Shown: in pieces, positions 13,340-26,846 of the stretch
Numbering within the stretch: position 1 is the stretch's first letter
How the letters are laid out: every line of letters starts with the position of its first letter
Source of the DNA: Octopus sinensis
Taxonomy: Eukaryota
Direction of reading: 5' to 3'
Assembly: GCF_006345805.1 (NCBI RefSeq)
Contig: NC_043017.1
Span: 31,186,001-31,250,000 of the forward strand
Length of the DNA: 64,000 nt
Made by a program: the position numbers and the translations under genes
The notes under the pieces: model-generated
Database searches by the model: none
What the model saw: the letters and a program-made list of their open reading frames with translations, nothing else
Told to the model about the DNA's origin: nothing

Positions 13340-13860
13340 GAATGCACGTAGCTTAGTGGTTAGGGTACTTGACTCATGATCGTAAAGACGTGAGTTCGAT
13401 TCCTGACAGCGTATTTTGCTCTGACCAAGTGAATTTATTTCACATTGCCTCAGTCCACTAACTGGCAAAAATGGTTTAGGCCCATGAGTCAAGAGTGACT
13501 GGTCCAGCGCATCTCTGTCACCATTGCCTTTCCCAGTTTGTCTTCTAGGACCGTGATGCGGCCTGAATTACAAGAAAATGAACCTGTCACACCTTTGTGT
13601 GAAGTCACTCCATATAAATATATGAAAAATTGTCAGGTTTAGAATAGGTTTATATATGTCTCCACTAAGCCAGTTGACACTCTTGACTTGTGCTTTATCA
13701 TAATTCAAAGGACCATCATTATCATATTCTGTGCCACGCTGATTCTCGCTAAGACCTGCATGAAAGGTACACGCATATGTGGTGTGCTCAATCACTTGTA
13801 AGCAAATTTCACGTGCAGGCTGTGCTGTCGATCAGATGAACTGGAGACCTCGTGGCTGTT
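13340..13860 (+). mobile_element. Decayed SINE family D with tail type 1, interrupted at ~13475-13700
   Basis: Head gcttagtggttagggtacttgactcatgatcg; tail ggtacacgcatatgtggtgtgctcaatcac. Confidence 0.6.
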
Positions 13861-13988
13861 TAGTTGTTAAAACATCTTTCTGCTGTTCTCACGGCTATAC
13901 TGCATTTGAAATACTACCTCCTCGTCTGTAAAATGCGATACACATTTGACGCTTCTAAAGCAAAAATAAAGGTTTGTTCATACATACA

Positions 13989-14075
<87 letters not shown>

Positions 14076-14167
14076 ATATATATATGAAACGCAAAAGACT
14101 TGTTTTATTTCTCTTCCTGAGCGCCATACTAATACAATTGTTTGTTTATTTTCGTAAAGCTTCCCGT

Positions 14168-14205
<38 letters not shown>

Positions 14206-14209
14206 ATAT

Positions 14210-14423
14210 AATTTATATATAGAGGGCATTATACATACATGCCAGAAGGCATTATACATACATGCCAAACGCTAAGAGGGACAATTAGTCATTTCTACCA
14301 AAAATATTACTATTGGTAGAAAATATTACTATTGGTAGAAATGACTAATTGTTTCTCTTAGCGTTTGGCATGTATGTATAATGCCTTCTGGCATGTATGT
14401 ATAATGCCCTCTATATATAAATT
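14210..14423. repeat. Fold-back inverted repeat, ~92-bp arms, beside (TA)n
   Basis: 14210-14301 is the near-perfect reverse complement of 14332-14423. Confidence 0.9.
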
Positions 14424-14688
14424 AATATGTTCAATAAGAAATAATTATTTTCGAAATTTTTTCTCTTATGAGGTTTTTACGCTATCTACCTGACAATTTC
14501 TTGTTAAGTTTTCCTTATTAAGTAGTTGTCCTTAATTGCTAAATATATATATATATATATATCCTTGAAATATATATAAAACATACATATAATTAACAAT
14601 ATCAAAGGATAATCAAAAAATATTTGAAATGTCAATTACCAGTGGCCTAACGTGTAAACTTTTAGTCAATAGACTATATATTATTCAC

Positions 14689-14933
14689 ATAAATACAGTG
14701 TACATTTAAACACATAAGAGGCATGCATCATAGGAACCCTTGCACACTGGAAAAAACAGTTAAATCCTAAACCACTATTAGAGATAAAATTTGGACGGGA
14801 ATGAAAAATTAAAACATTTACCATGTAACTCCTGCACCAATGGTTTCAGATTTTTTTTAGCAAATAAAATAAATTGCTAGGCGAAGTCTATGATAGTTGC
14901 CTCTTATGTGTTTAAATGTACACTGTATTTATC
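14689..14933. repeat. Inverted repeat, ~35-bp arms
   Basis: ataaatacagtgtacatttaaacacataagaggca ... tgcctcttatgtgtttaaatgtacactgtatttat. Confidence 0.85.
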
Positions 14934-14941
14934 TAGAACTT

Positions 14942-14994
<53 letters not shown>

Positions 14995-15079
14995 ATAATA
15001 ATAAATATTAGGGAATAAATCCAAATTTACAGGGAAAAAAATCAGATTTAGGATTAAATCCAATTTTATAGTAAAATAT

Positions 15080-15414
<335 letters not shown>

Positions 15415-16036
15415 GCATGTATGTTTATGTATGAATGAATGTATGTATGTATGTATATGTGTGTGTGTCACAAATGCTCCTTAATATATACGCTAGCACA
15501 ATAGATTCTCGATACCACTGAATTTCCGATGAACCGGTGCTGATAACCCGTTAAAACATTGAACAGAATCCAATATATAATCCATATAATCCATGTAATC
15601 CTTAACATAAAACTAAAACAATATAAACAAAGAAGTCTTAGTTTAATTCTCTACAACGGAGAAACCTAAACAACGAGTACTACTAAGAGAGAAAGAGACT
15701 CCTTATCCTGCAACACACAAAATATATGAAATAACGAACTTGAGAATGTAACCTATAACAAACTAAACGTTACATAAAAATAGTTTACTGCAAATAGTTA
15801 TAGATTAGTTAACTGTCATGTCGGAAATAATTAAGGTTCTGACCTATTGATGCGAGGTTATAAGTCTGCATGATAAACATTGAATAAATACTTATATTGT
15901 CTTATTTAATTTCTAATTAATTTTGCTACTCTATGCTTATTAATATGAAATCTACGTGCACCCTACCGCATTATACCGCATCCATTTCCCAAATATGGAG
16001 GTAAAATACTACCACCATTATTAATGACTGCTTAGA

Positions 16037-16620
16037 AGGTGGCGAATAGGTAGAATCATTAGCACGTTGTACGAAATGTTTAGCGGTATTTCGTCTGCCG
16101 CTGCGTTCTGAGTTCAAATTCCGCCGAGGTCGACTTTGCCTTTCATCCTTTCGAAGTCGATAACATAAGTACTAGTTACGTACTAGGATCGATATAATCG
16201 ACTTAATCCCTTTGTCTGTCCTTGTTTGTCCCCTCTGTGTTTAGCCCCTTGTGGGTAGTTAAGAAATCGGTATTTCTTCTGCCGCTACGTTCTGAGTTCA
16301 AATTCCGCCGAGGTCAACTTTGCTTTTCATCCTTTCAGGGTCCATAAATTAACTACCAGTTACGCACTGGGGTCGATATAATCGACTTAATCCGCTTGTC
16401 AGTCCTTGTTTATTCCTTCCGTGTTTAGCCCCTTGTGGGTAGTAAAGAAATAGGTATTTCGCCCGTTGCTACGTTCTGAGTTCAAATTCCGCCGAGATCG
16501 ACTTCGCCTTTCAACCTTTCGGGGCCGATAAATTAAGTACCAGTTGCGTACTGGAATCGATCTAATCGACTGTCCTCCACCCCCAAAATTTCAGGGCCTT
16601 GTGTATATAGTAGAAAGGAT
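16037..16620 (+). mobile_element. SINE family B multimer (head + 3 units)
   Basis: ~187-bp units; 17-bp TSD attaa(t/c)gactg(c/a)ttaga. Confidence 0.9.
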
Positions 16621-18011
16621 TAACGACTGATTAGAGGTTGATGCATTGGTAGGATTTTGACAATTGTTCCTTACGTTTTGAGTTCAAATACCGCTGTGGT
16701 CAATATTGAATTTCATCCCCTTAGGATCAATGAAATGGATAGCATTTAAGTATTTCGTATGGCGCATTGAATTATTCTCTCAACCGAAAATTTAGGACCT
16801 TGAGCCTTAAGTGGAAACTATTAGCAATCATTGACTTATATTGTATTTTTCACACAGCAAATATAATTTTAGTTAGCTTTATTTTGCTCCATCTTACTCT
16901 AAGTCAAAATACACCAACACCCTTTAGCTATGGATGACACAGCCATTTATGTTTCGAACATGTTTTTACACCCAACAATCGTATAGGCTAAACAACTATA
17001 TTAAAATATACACCCCATGAAAAGGTAAGTGTATAATAGGTTGTGTTAGCCTTACCCTCATTAAGTCATGAGACAGATAGATAGAAGTGTTGAGTCTTAG
17101 GGGTGAGTTATTTCATTTCGCATTACTTAAGTCAATTTTATTGAGAATGAGCAGCAATAAAAGTCACAGGTTAAACGTGTGAAAAACTGGTAAAGTATTC
17201 AGTGTGGTGTCTAAGAATTTCGGTCGATTAGCCATTTAGGAACCTGAAATAACCTCCGGTGTAATGAACCTGTACGATCGAGACAGCTTTTTGGCTTGTA
17301 CGAATGTACACAGTAATTAATATACTACAAGCATTGGCTATTCAAATGATTATCAATTCAATTTATATACGCTTAGCTATTTATATATTCGTCTTAAGAT
17401 TAGCACAAATTAAAATTACAAGTAAATAAACAACAGACGTAATAAACATATCGATATAATATAAATAGGCATGAGACGTAGAATAATATAACGACTGTGT
17501 TTTGTTTTGATTAATAAAGATAAAATTGCCACAACACCAACAACAAATAAAACATTTATGATAATAACAAATGTTACAACAATAGACATACAAGAAATAT
17601 AAACAGACATACACTGTTACAATTGAATTTCTCCATCTACAAAACATTTATGTATTCTAATTAAAGGAGGAGAAATAAAATAGTAGAGAAAGGGGAAAGA
17701 GATTCATTTTACTTTTAAATATGTAAATTTTTAACAATCTCTAAATCAGTATTAATCCTCTGTCCATGCACAGACAGATAATTCAGCGAAGAATGCTTTA
17801 TTATCCATGATACGCTTACCAAAAAACGTTTCACTAATTTACTCTCTCTCTCTATTCACATTATCTTCTTATTTATCTTCGCTTCCTCTTCGGTCTCTCT
17901 TTTTTTATTTTGTTCTATATTCTCTTCTTTTTTTTACTTCGTTTTTCCTTTCTAATTATTCCCCTTCTTCCACTTCCCCTTTCTTTTTCTTTCTCATTCC
18001 CATCTGTTGTT

Positions 18012-18809
18012 TTCTTCTTTTTTTTCTTCTTCTTCTTCTTCTTCTTCTTCTTCTTCTTCTTCTTCTTCTTCTTCTTCTTCGTCTTCTTCTTCTTCTTTTT
18101 CTTTTTCTCCTTCTTCTTCTTCTTCTTCTTCTTCTTCGTCTTCTTCTTCCCCTTCTTCCTCGTCTTCTTCTTCTTCGTCTTCTTCTTCCCCTTCTTCTTC
18201 GTCTTCTTCTTCGTCTTCTTCTTCGTCTTCTTCTTCCCCTTCTTCTTCGTCTTCTTCTCCGTCTTCTTCTTCTTCTTCTTCTTCTTCTTCTTCTTCTTCT
18301 TCTTCTTCTTCTTTTTCCAATCAGGACTCACGGCATTAGCCACAAAGAATAATCTCTAATTCGAGCCTACTCTAAGCTACTAAGAATGCGTGTGGCAACT
18401 TGAAGATTCACCCACCCACCGCACGCGATAGACTGGTAGTTGTACGGGTGCGAAAGCTACGTTGTTATCCTCATCCCGTAAACGGTGACTTTTAACGGGT
18501 GGAGAGTTGAACCATCCTGGGTTACAGAGGATTCCCAATCTAGACTAAGGTTTGAAAGTTTACCACACCATAGTGGGTTAGACAATGGTTCCTCTGCTTT
18601 GTGGCAGAAGTAGGAAAACAGAGCCAGAAAAAGTTGTGGTGAAAAAGTACAGCGGGGTTTACACACACACCCGCCGGAGGCTCATGGAGCTTAGGTGTTT
18701 TTGCTCAATAATACCCGGATTTTGCTTACGATGTCCGGTCTGGGAATCGAAACCATGTTCTTACAACCGCGAGTCCGCTGCCCTAACCACTGGGTCATTG
18801 CGCTTCCAC
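18012..18809 (-). mobile_element. SINE family C, tail type 4, with a ~300-bp expanded (GAA)n tail
   Basis: C head at ~18620-18809, unique tail at 18317-18620, (GAA)n at 18012-18316; tctgttgtt repeated on both sides (18003, 18810). Confidence 0.8.
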
Positions 18810-18851
18810 TCTGTTGTTGTTTCGGTGACTATTTGGCTAATTCGTTTAAAC

Positions 18852-19233
18852 CAGGGGTGGGGAAACATTTTAGTGGGGCCGGCAAAACTTTCCATTGAAA
18901 AAGGTCCTTTATAATTGAAACATTCCCTATATTTTGCTGTCTCGATCGTATATTGTATCGATATGTTTATTACGTCAGTTATTTGTTTGCTTGCAATTTT
19001 AATTTGTGCTAATCTTGAGACGAATATACAAATAGCTAAGTGTATATAAATCGAATTGATAATCATTTGAATAGTCAATGCTTGTATTATATTAATTACT
19101 TTGCACATTCGTACAAGCTAAAAAGTCGTCTCGATCGTACAGGTTCATTACTTAAGTAATGCGAAATGAAATAACTCACCCCTAAGACCCAACACTTCTG
19201 CGCCCGCAGAAAGGGTTTTTTCCCCCACCCCGG
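18852..19233. mobile_element. hAT (Charlie-like) MITE
   Basis: TIRs caggggtggggaaac / tttcccccaccccgg; perfect 8-bp TSD gtttaaac (18844-18851, 19234-19241). Confidence 0.85.
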
Positions 19234-19644
19234 GTTTAAACGATTACTGTGTCGTATACGTTTTGGCTCTTTACGTTCAGAACTCATATCCTGCAAAGAT
19301 CCCCTTTGTCCGTCATCATCCTCACCCCGTTGTTCAATGCAATAAAATAACAATCAATTATTATTGTTTATTTAATTGACGGGCGCATCCTACAAAATTC
19401 TGGGGAAGAAGTTCTCTCTTTTAGAAACAATTATTATCTCTTTTTGCATTAATATGACGCCCTCCAAATCACTGGCAAATTTTGTTGCTTTTATCACTAT
19501 TCCCAGGGACTTAACTTTATCAACGGCTCTGTGACTAAATCATCTGTGTCCTGGCAAAACTGGTCAGTATGCCTTTGGATTTCTTCAGGGTGGTATCTGC
19601 TATATTTGAAATACAACTGACAGAAATTATGCATTTGGGGGGGG

Positions 19645-19772
19645 TCTACTCTAGGCACAAGGCTCGAGATTTTGGGTGAGGGTGCCAGTCAATTAGATCG
19701 ACCCAAGTACGCAACTGGTACTTAATTTATCGACCCCCAAAAGGATGAAAGGTAAAGTTGACCATAGCGGAA
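19645..19772 (-). mobile_element. SINE family B fragment (terminal-tail type)
   Basis: ctactctaggcacaaggc...ctggtacttaatttatcgacc...aaggatgaaagg. Confidence 0.75.
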
Positions 19773-21522
19773 AAATAATAATTTGCTTCTATAAATATTA
19801 CTAATATATCAAATATATTTAAATACACATAAAATAAAGAAATGCAATAATATAATTTTCGGTTTAGAACTGCATAATGTCTGTAAAATTTCGAAACACT
19901 CATTGCTTACGAGTGGATAGGTTTTCAAATCCCTTTCTTGGTATTATTTCTGAAATTACACAGCGATATATTTTTGATGACGAACCAGTTCCCCCAGACA
20001 TTTGTTTTTTCTAAGTTACATCCTGTTTCACTAGAGTTCGTTATTTGTTTGTCATCATTATTATTCTCATCTTGTGAAATATCTTTCAGGATTAATTATA
20101 TAATATCAGATAATTATGTTTTATCTGATGTCGACAAAGATGGGTTTGTTTGATTGTGTTTATAATATTCCTTTTAACTGGCCGCCTTTGCTGGTGTTTA
20201 TTTGGATAATAGTTTTCACACACCATCCAAGTTATTCTAGAATTATATAGTCCACTATTGAACAACTCGCTGCCATCACGTCTTTCCTTAGTCAATGCGT
20301 AATACCATCCTACTTTACTAAGCTATGACTTGTTCGCTGGAATCAATAATTTCCCTAGCGCTTATTCATTGGTTGGTTACTAAATTACTTGTAGCTGACT
20401 GTTGATTACGTCATTTATATCCTATTTTGATAAAGTTCTTCTGTCAGATATCATTTCGTTTCTTCAGACGCTAAATTATTTAGAATATCCATTAGTTTTT
20501 TATACTAACTTTTAACTTGTTGCTTCTACTTCCTATATTGATACATCATAAGCTTACCAAGGATATTTATTTTGTATATTCCTCGGTTGTTAAGTTGCCG
20601 TACTGTTATATTATAGCACAAATCAATAAAAGGTTTATTTGTAATATTCTTTGATGTTGAATGGTTATATCTGATGCCACTTAATTATTACTTTTACCGC
20701 ATTTTATGCCATCAGGTATTTCCACTGTTTTTAGTTCCAACCAGTCTTTAAATATGAACTTACTCTGGCATCTGCAACTTGACAACAACTCCTTTCTTTT
20801 GTCGACGGACAATATTTGTTGCGGGTATGATACACTTGTTGCGTTTTCCTTGTATCAAATGCCGGCCCAGTATAATTTACACTGCACAAACTATTATTAC
20901 GTAATTTAGATTCATATTTATATAAAGTTCCAGTTAATCTCAAATGTTTAATAAAAAGGGGTCATTGTATATCTTCTGTCTATCGGTTGTTGAATTGCCT
21001 CTAGATAGGCTTACACTTACTCGTGTGTAATCAATTTACATTTGCCCAAAGCTTACAAAAACAATAAATCTCTTGTCATGTTGCCGATGATTCGGCATTT
21101 GTTTTAAAAGGGAGAATATTATTCCTTTATTCTGTGGGCACTGAAACTTTCTTGATTATATACTTATTATTTGTATTTCCGATAAAGTGGGCAAAGTTCA
21201 TTAGAATTCATATAATGTTGTAAGAGAATTTTTTATAAATTTTCCAGTATTAATGTCTAACAGGGAAGAAATTTTATCTTTCGTTTTGTTTATTTTCATC
21301 AACGATAGAGTAACATTCACCGTGGCCTTTATAGTACAGTTCCTACGATTAGTTAACCAATGTCTGTTATAACTAATGGTTTATGTGAAAATAAGAGATG
21401 CCTGTGCGCCATGTTTACAATATATATATATATATTATATATATATATATATGTATGTATGTGTGTATGTATGTATGTATGTATGTATGTATGCATGTAT
21501 GTATGCATGCATGCATGCATGT

Positions 21523-21577
<55 letters not shown>

Positions 21578-21594
21578 GTATGTATGTGCATGTA

Positions 21595-21726
21595 TAGGCG
21601 CAGGCGTGGCTGTGTAGTAAGAAGCTTACTTCTCAACCACATGTTTCCAGGTTCAGTCCCACCGCCTGGCATCTTGAACAAATATCTTCATCTATAACAT
21701 CGGTCTGACAAAAGCCTTGTTAGTGG

Positions 21727-21759
<33 letters not shown>

Positions 21760-21990
21760 CGTATGTGTGCCTGTGTTTGTCCCACCCGTCATCGTTTTAC
21801 AACCGATGCTGGTATGTTTATGTCCCCGTAACTTAGTGGTTCGGCCAAAGAGGCAAATAAGATAAGTGCTAGACTTACAAGGAATAAGTACCGGTGTCGA
21901 TTTCTTCGACTAAAACTCTTTAATCTGGTGCTCTAGCTTGGCTGCACTTAAATGACTGAAACAAATAAAAGAATAAAAGTATAAAAGAGA
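21595..21990 (+). mobile_element. SINE family A, older copy
   Basis: Head, internal (TATG)n and tail are all recognisable. Confidence 0.85.
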
Positions 21991-22014
21991 ATATATATAT
22001 ACACACACACACAT

Positions 22015-22046
<32 letters not shown>

Positions 22047-22187
22047 TTATATATTTATACTATATAGAGAGCATATAATATAAATAAATATATTTCAGTG
22101 AAAAAAATTGATGGTTGATTCTCTTATGAGGTTTTTCCCGCTAACTACTTGATAAATTCTTATGAAGATTCTATCCTATTTTAAAAG

Positions 22188-22212
<25 letters not shown>

Positions 22213-22219
<7 letters not shown>

Positions 22220-22354
22220 ACAAAATAAGGGCAAAAGAAAAATTCTAATGCCAAATATGCCGAAAGAAGGACAAAATTGTCAATAACGCATATTGTAAAT
22301 ACTAATGCATATTTGGCATTAGAATTTTTCTCTTGCCCTTATTTTGTAAATTAT
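22213..22354. repeat. Fold-back inverted repeat, ~48-bp arms, after (TA)n
   Basis: ataatttacaaaataagggcaa...ccaaatatgc versus gcatatttgg...cccttattttgtaaattat. Confidence 0.85.
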
Positions 22355-22632
22355 TTATAAATTTAACCTTTAAAGGTATTTTTTGATATGCTGGCCATTG
22401 ATAAAAATTTTTTACCGAAAAAAATTTTATCCTACATTAGTTATATATATATATATATACATGCATATTTTCATCCGTACACGCCCATTACATCTGTAAT
22501 GACACTTTATTGCAAATTTTTGCACCAGTCATGAATTAGAGTTCAAAGAATATACGGGAAGCTGTTTACTTTATTGTCATAAACAGTATTGAAACATGTT
22601 TAGTATGCGATTGAAATTTTTCTTAATAAGTA

Positions 22633-22992
22633 CAGGCGCAGGAGTGGCTGTGTGGTAAGTAGCTTGTTTACTAAACACATGGTTCCCGTTTCAGTGCCAC
22701 TGCGTGGCACCTTGAGAAAGTGTCTTCTATTATAGCCTCGGGCCGACCAAAGTCTTGTGAGTGGACTTGGTAGACGGAAACTGAAAGAAGCCCGTCGTAT
22801 ATATGTATGTATATATATATGCGTGTGTATGTTTGTGTGTCTGTGTTTGTCCCCCTAGCATTGCTTGACAACCGATGCTGGTGTGTTTACGTCCCCGTAA
22901 CTTAGCGCTTCGTCAAAAAAGACCGATCGACTAAAGGCGGTGCTCCTGCATGGCCGCAGTCAAATGACTGAAACAAGTAAAAAAAAAGAGTA
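22633..22992 (+). mobile_element. SINE family A with a ~50-bp internal deletion
   Basis: gaccgat is joined directly to cgactaaaggcgg. Confidence 0.9.
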
Positions 22993-23696
22993 AGTCTGAA
23001 TGTTACATTAAAAATATCCAAGGTCTTAAAATTAATATTTATAAAAACAAAACTCATGCAAAGTCTAGTTAACACATTCCGTCGTTTATCTACTTGTTAC
23101 CTTTATATGGTTTTAGACATCAAGGTTATGTTACCTTTATATTCATCTGAGTGTATGTACTTTCATAAATTAATTTAATGTTAATTAATTATTATTCATA
23201 CATTTATTTGTGGCTATACCTATTCTCATTTACACCTATGTACATCTATTCAGGCATAGAGAGTATTCTTCACATAGCTATCACCCAAATGGATATCTTC
23301 CGTACTGAACACATCAGGGCAAATTTTCTTTAAACTCCTGAAACAAAACATCAAAATTATCCCCCACTGAATACTTAGCATTTTGTCAATTAAATAATAT
23401 AAAGTTTCAGCCACTCCGGCAATATACAGAATATAGGTTTTACAGGGCTGAATCTCACTAGGTGTGATGAACGAATATGAGACTTTACAATCTCTCAAAT
23501 TCTTTTATTGTATCCGTATCGCTACTAAATTTATAGACATGTAGGTATGACGTAATTAAAACAGATCCTGTCATTTCTCCATTTGCAGGCCTCCGGAAGC
23601 CAGAGGATTCAACATCGGTGACCTCCCTTGACGAACGTTCTAGAATGTTCTAGGGACAGTGGGTTTACGTCGCTTCTAGTAAAGCCAGTATGGCAT

Positions 23697-23930
23697 AAGG
23701 CGGCGAGCTGGCAGAAACGGTAGCACGCCAGGTGAAATGCTTAGCCGTATTTCGTCTGCCGTTACGTTCTGAGTTCAAATTCCGCCGAGGTAGACTTTAC
23801 CTTTCATCCTTTCGGGGTCGATAAATTAAGTACCAGTTACGCACTGGGGCCGATGTAATCGATTTAATCCGTGTGTCTGTCCTTCTTTGTCCCCTCTGTG
23901 TATAGCCCCTTGTGGGCAGTAAAGAAATAG
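23697..23930 (+). mobile_element. SINE family B monomer
   Basis: Head plus one unit ending gtaaagaaatag. Confidence 0.9.
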
Positions 23931-24406
23931 GCATAGAACATTCTAGAAAGATTTCGTTTGCTAGGTGGTGCCTCCACTAATTCGTCCTATATAGCGGACA
24001 GACACGATTTCGTTTTCCTCTCTTCCTTGCCGATTTTTGATCTGACCACATCCTGAAGCGCAGCAAAGATTTTCTTAACGTGGTGTAAGCTACAGAAATG
24101 GTTTTTAGTAGCAACCATTCGTGGTAAACTACTTGTGTTTCACGTCAGGTGTAAGGTTTGCGCTTACTCAACTAAAACACCTACTGCTGTACGAAATTCT
24201 CTTGTACATTTTTCCATCATGCTTCTTTCCACACGGAATGCCACAAGACCAATTTGTATGTAGCTACTCGTATTTATGTACTGCTTCACACGAAGCATAT
24301 TGTTGCTAAACCCGTATCTGCTTCTTGTTACATTAAATTAATTGTGAAATTTAAGGAAGTTTCCTTTGTTTCTTCCACCCTGTAGTAATAGAAGAACATC
24401 TTCAAC

Positions 24407-24815
24407 ATAGGCGCAGGAGTGGCTGTGTGGTAAGTAGCTTGCTAACCAACCACATGGTTCCGGGTTCAGTCCCACTGCGTGGCATCTTGGGCAAGTGTCT
24501 TCTGCTATAGCCCCGGGCCGACCAATGCCTTGTGAGTGGATTTGGTAGACGGAAACTGAAAGAAGCCCATCGTATATATATGTATATAAATATATATGTA
24601 TGTGTGTGTGTGTGTTTGTCCCCCTAGCATTGCTTGACAACCGATGCTGGTGTGTTTATGTCCCCGTTACTTAGCGGTTCGGCAAAAGAGACCGATAGAA
24701 TAAGTACTGGGCATACAAAAGAATAAGTCCCGGGGTCGAGTTGCTCGACTAAAGGCGGTCCTCCAGCATGGCCACAGTCAAATGACTGAAACAAGTAAAA
24801 GAGTAAAAGAGTAAA
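24407..24815 (+). mobile_element. SINE family A, full length
   Basis: Near-identical to 6757-7235. Confidence 0.9.
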
Positions 24816-24967
24816 CAAAGCAGAAGTTATCACAGTTACGAAACTGGTGACCGTACTACAGTGATGGCTACACGACGCTAAAAACCAATTTGTCTCTTAC
24901 GCAACATAAGCTTGATCCTCAGACACAAAATAAATCAAGGTTAAGTGTTTGCTGATCCCCCACATAG

Positions 24968-25351
24968 TAGAAGCACTCCGTCGGTTACGACGATGAGGGT
25001 CCTAGCTGATACGATCAACGGAACAGCTTGCTCGTGGAATTAACGTGCAAGTGGCTGAGCATTCTACAGACACGTGTACCCTTAACGTAGTTCTCGAGGA
25101 GATTCAGCGTGACACGGAGTGTGACAAGGCTGGCCCTTTGAAATACAGGTACAACAGAAACAGGAAGAAGGAGTGAGAGAAAGTTGTGGTGAAAGAGTAC
25201 AACAGGGTTCACCACCACCCCCTGCAGGAGCCTTGTGAAGCTTTAGGTATTTTTGCTCAATAAAAACTCACAATGCCCGGTCTGGGAATCGAAACCGCGA
25301 TCATACGACCGCGAGTCCGCTGCCCTAACCACTGGGCCATTGCGCATCCAC
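24968..25351 (-). mobile_element. SINE family C, tail type 1
   Basis: Head and tail match 26847-27230; 13-bp TSD gatc(c/a)cccacata. Confidence 0.9.
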
Positions 25352-25392
25352 GATCACCCACATAACTCATATACGACTTATGTTACAGTATT

Positions 25393-25723
25393 TCTTTCTT
25401 CTTCCTCGCTCTTTTCAAGCATAGCCAGGCTCATGGACCCGGTTTCCCAGTTTCTGTGGACCCAGTTTCCCGGTTTCTGTGTTCCTCCCAGCTGGATGGG
25501 ACGCCAGTCCATCGCAGCGTTACTCAAGAAACAAGAAGTAAGAGTGAGAGAAAGTTGTGGGGAAATAATACAACAGGTGTCGCCACCACCTCCTGCCGGT
25601 GCCTCGTGGAGCTTTTAGGTGTTTTCGCTCAATAAACACACACAACTCCCGGTCAGGGAATCGAAACCGCGATACTCCGACCGCGAGTCCGCTGCCCTAA
25701 CCACTGGGCCATTGCGCCTCCAC
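25393..25723 (-). mobile_element. SINE family C, tail type 3
   Basis: C head followed by ctgcgatggactggcgtcccatccagc...gaaaccgggaaactggg; 13-bp TSD atgtta(c/t)ag(t/c)att. Confidence 0.85.
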
Positions 25724-26846
25724 ATGTTATAGCATTGCTAGCAGCATTTGTATGCTGCTGTTGCAGCTACTCATAAAATATCTAAATTGCATCTTCTGCA
25801 AAAAAAATAATAAATTACGACCGATGATATCTATATTACATCTTCTGTAAAAAGACCCCTGATGAGAGACGAACATCCTCTAACTGATTCGCTGAAACCC
25901 CTTACTCGACGAGGGAGCATCTCCGACTTTGCATATCCATTACGAAATAGGAGCTAATTTCGCCTGGAAAATTCACAACCAATCCTCTAAAGAAAAAAGA
26001 CACGTTTGATAACGTAAACCCTTATATATCAAAAGATGTGATTACAATGGCTTGAATGAATTTAATCATTGCTCTACTCTACCAAGGATGACTGGAAACT
26101 TTAAAAGAAAGACACCAACCTACACTCGAGATGTGTTTCTCTCCCTTCTGCGAACAATCACTATAATTTTTCCACCTAATTTTATTTGTTGCATTTGTCA
26201 CTTCTCTCATTACAAAATCTTTACTCAGTCCCACATACATTCCGTATTAAAGTATTTGTTCAGTATTATTTCTTAGAGCCACAACTCTTTGCAAAGCCAT
26301 CTAATCCTAACCTTTTAATTACGAAACAAACATTAAACTGTAAAACGCTGAGTTAAATTTCCATTTCCCCAACGTCAGCAGTCGGGTAAGTCTGCAAAAA
26401 GACGGACGACAGAAAGAGAGGAATGAAGGTGGAATAAAATTGTTCGCGATATCTCGTTTCCCTTCAATAGTTCTGTACTACAAGACATTTCTTTTAATGA
26501 GTATTAAATCTAAATTATACGAATTAGTGATCCAAAACTCACAGATAAGATTTATTCTCCAAAAATAGTAACAAACTTGTAGGTGACTCTCCGAAAACGA
26601 TTTGATTACATTAAAAAAAAAGAAGAAACGTTTACAAAATTATTTGCGTGGGCTAGATATGGTTTCGTTGTTTTAATTAGAATTTTGAAAGTTGTGTGCT
26701 CGTTAACACAAGATATCACTGGGCGCGTGAATGTGTGTTGCTACATATTTGTTTTGTAACCGCGTCTTTCCGCGTTTGATCACATAATACAGCACTTCTG
26801 TTCGAAACACACAAACGTATACACATATACGTATATAGGTGTGTGC

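Noticed and set aside
19800-21360. Possible L1/Tx1-type RT remnant (HVADDSAF on plus; weak RT-like text on minus)
   Set aside because: The motifs lie on opposite strands and are too degraded to call.
25855-25880. CTGATGA motif
   Set aside because: No stem II, GAAA or cleavage triplet in register.
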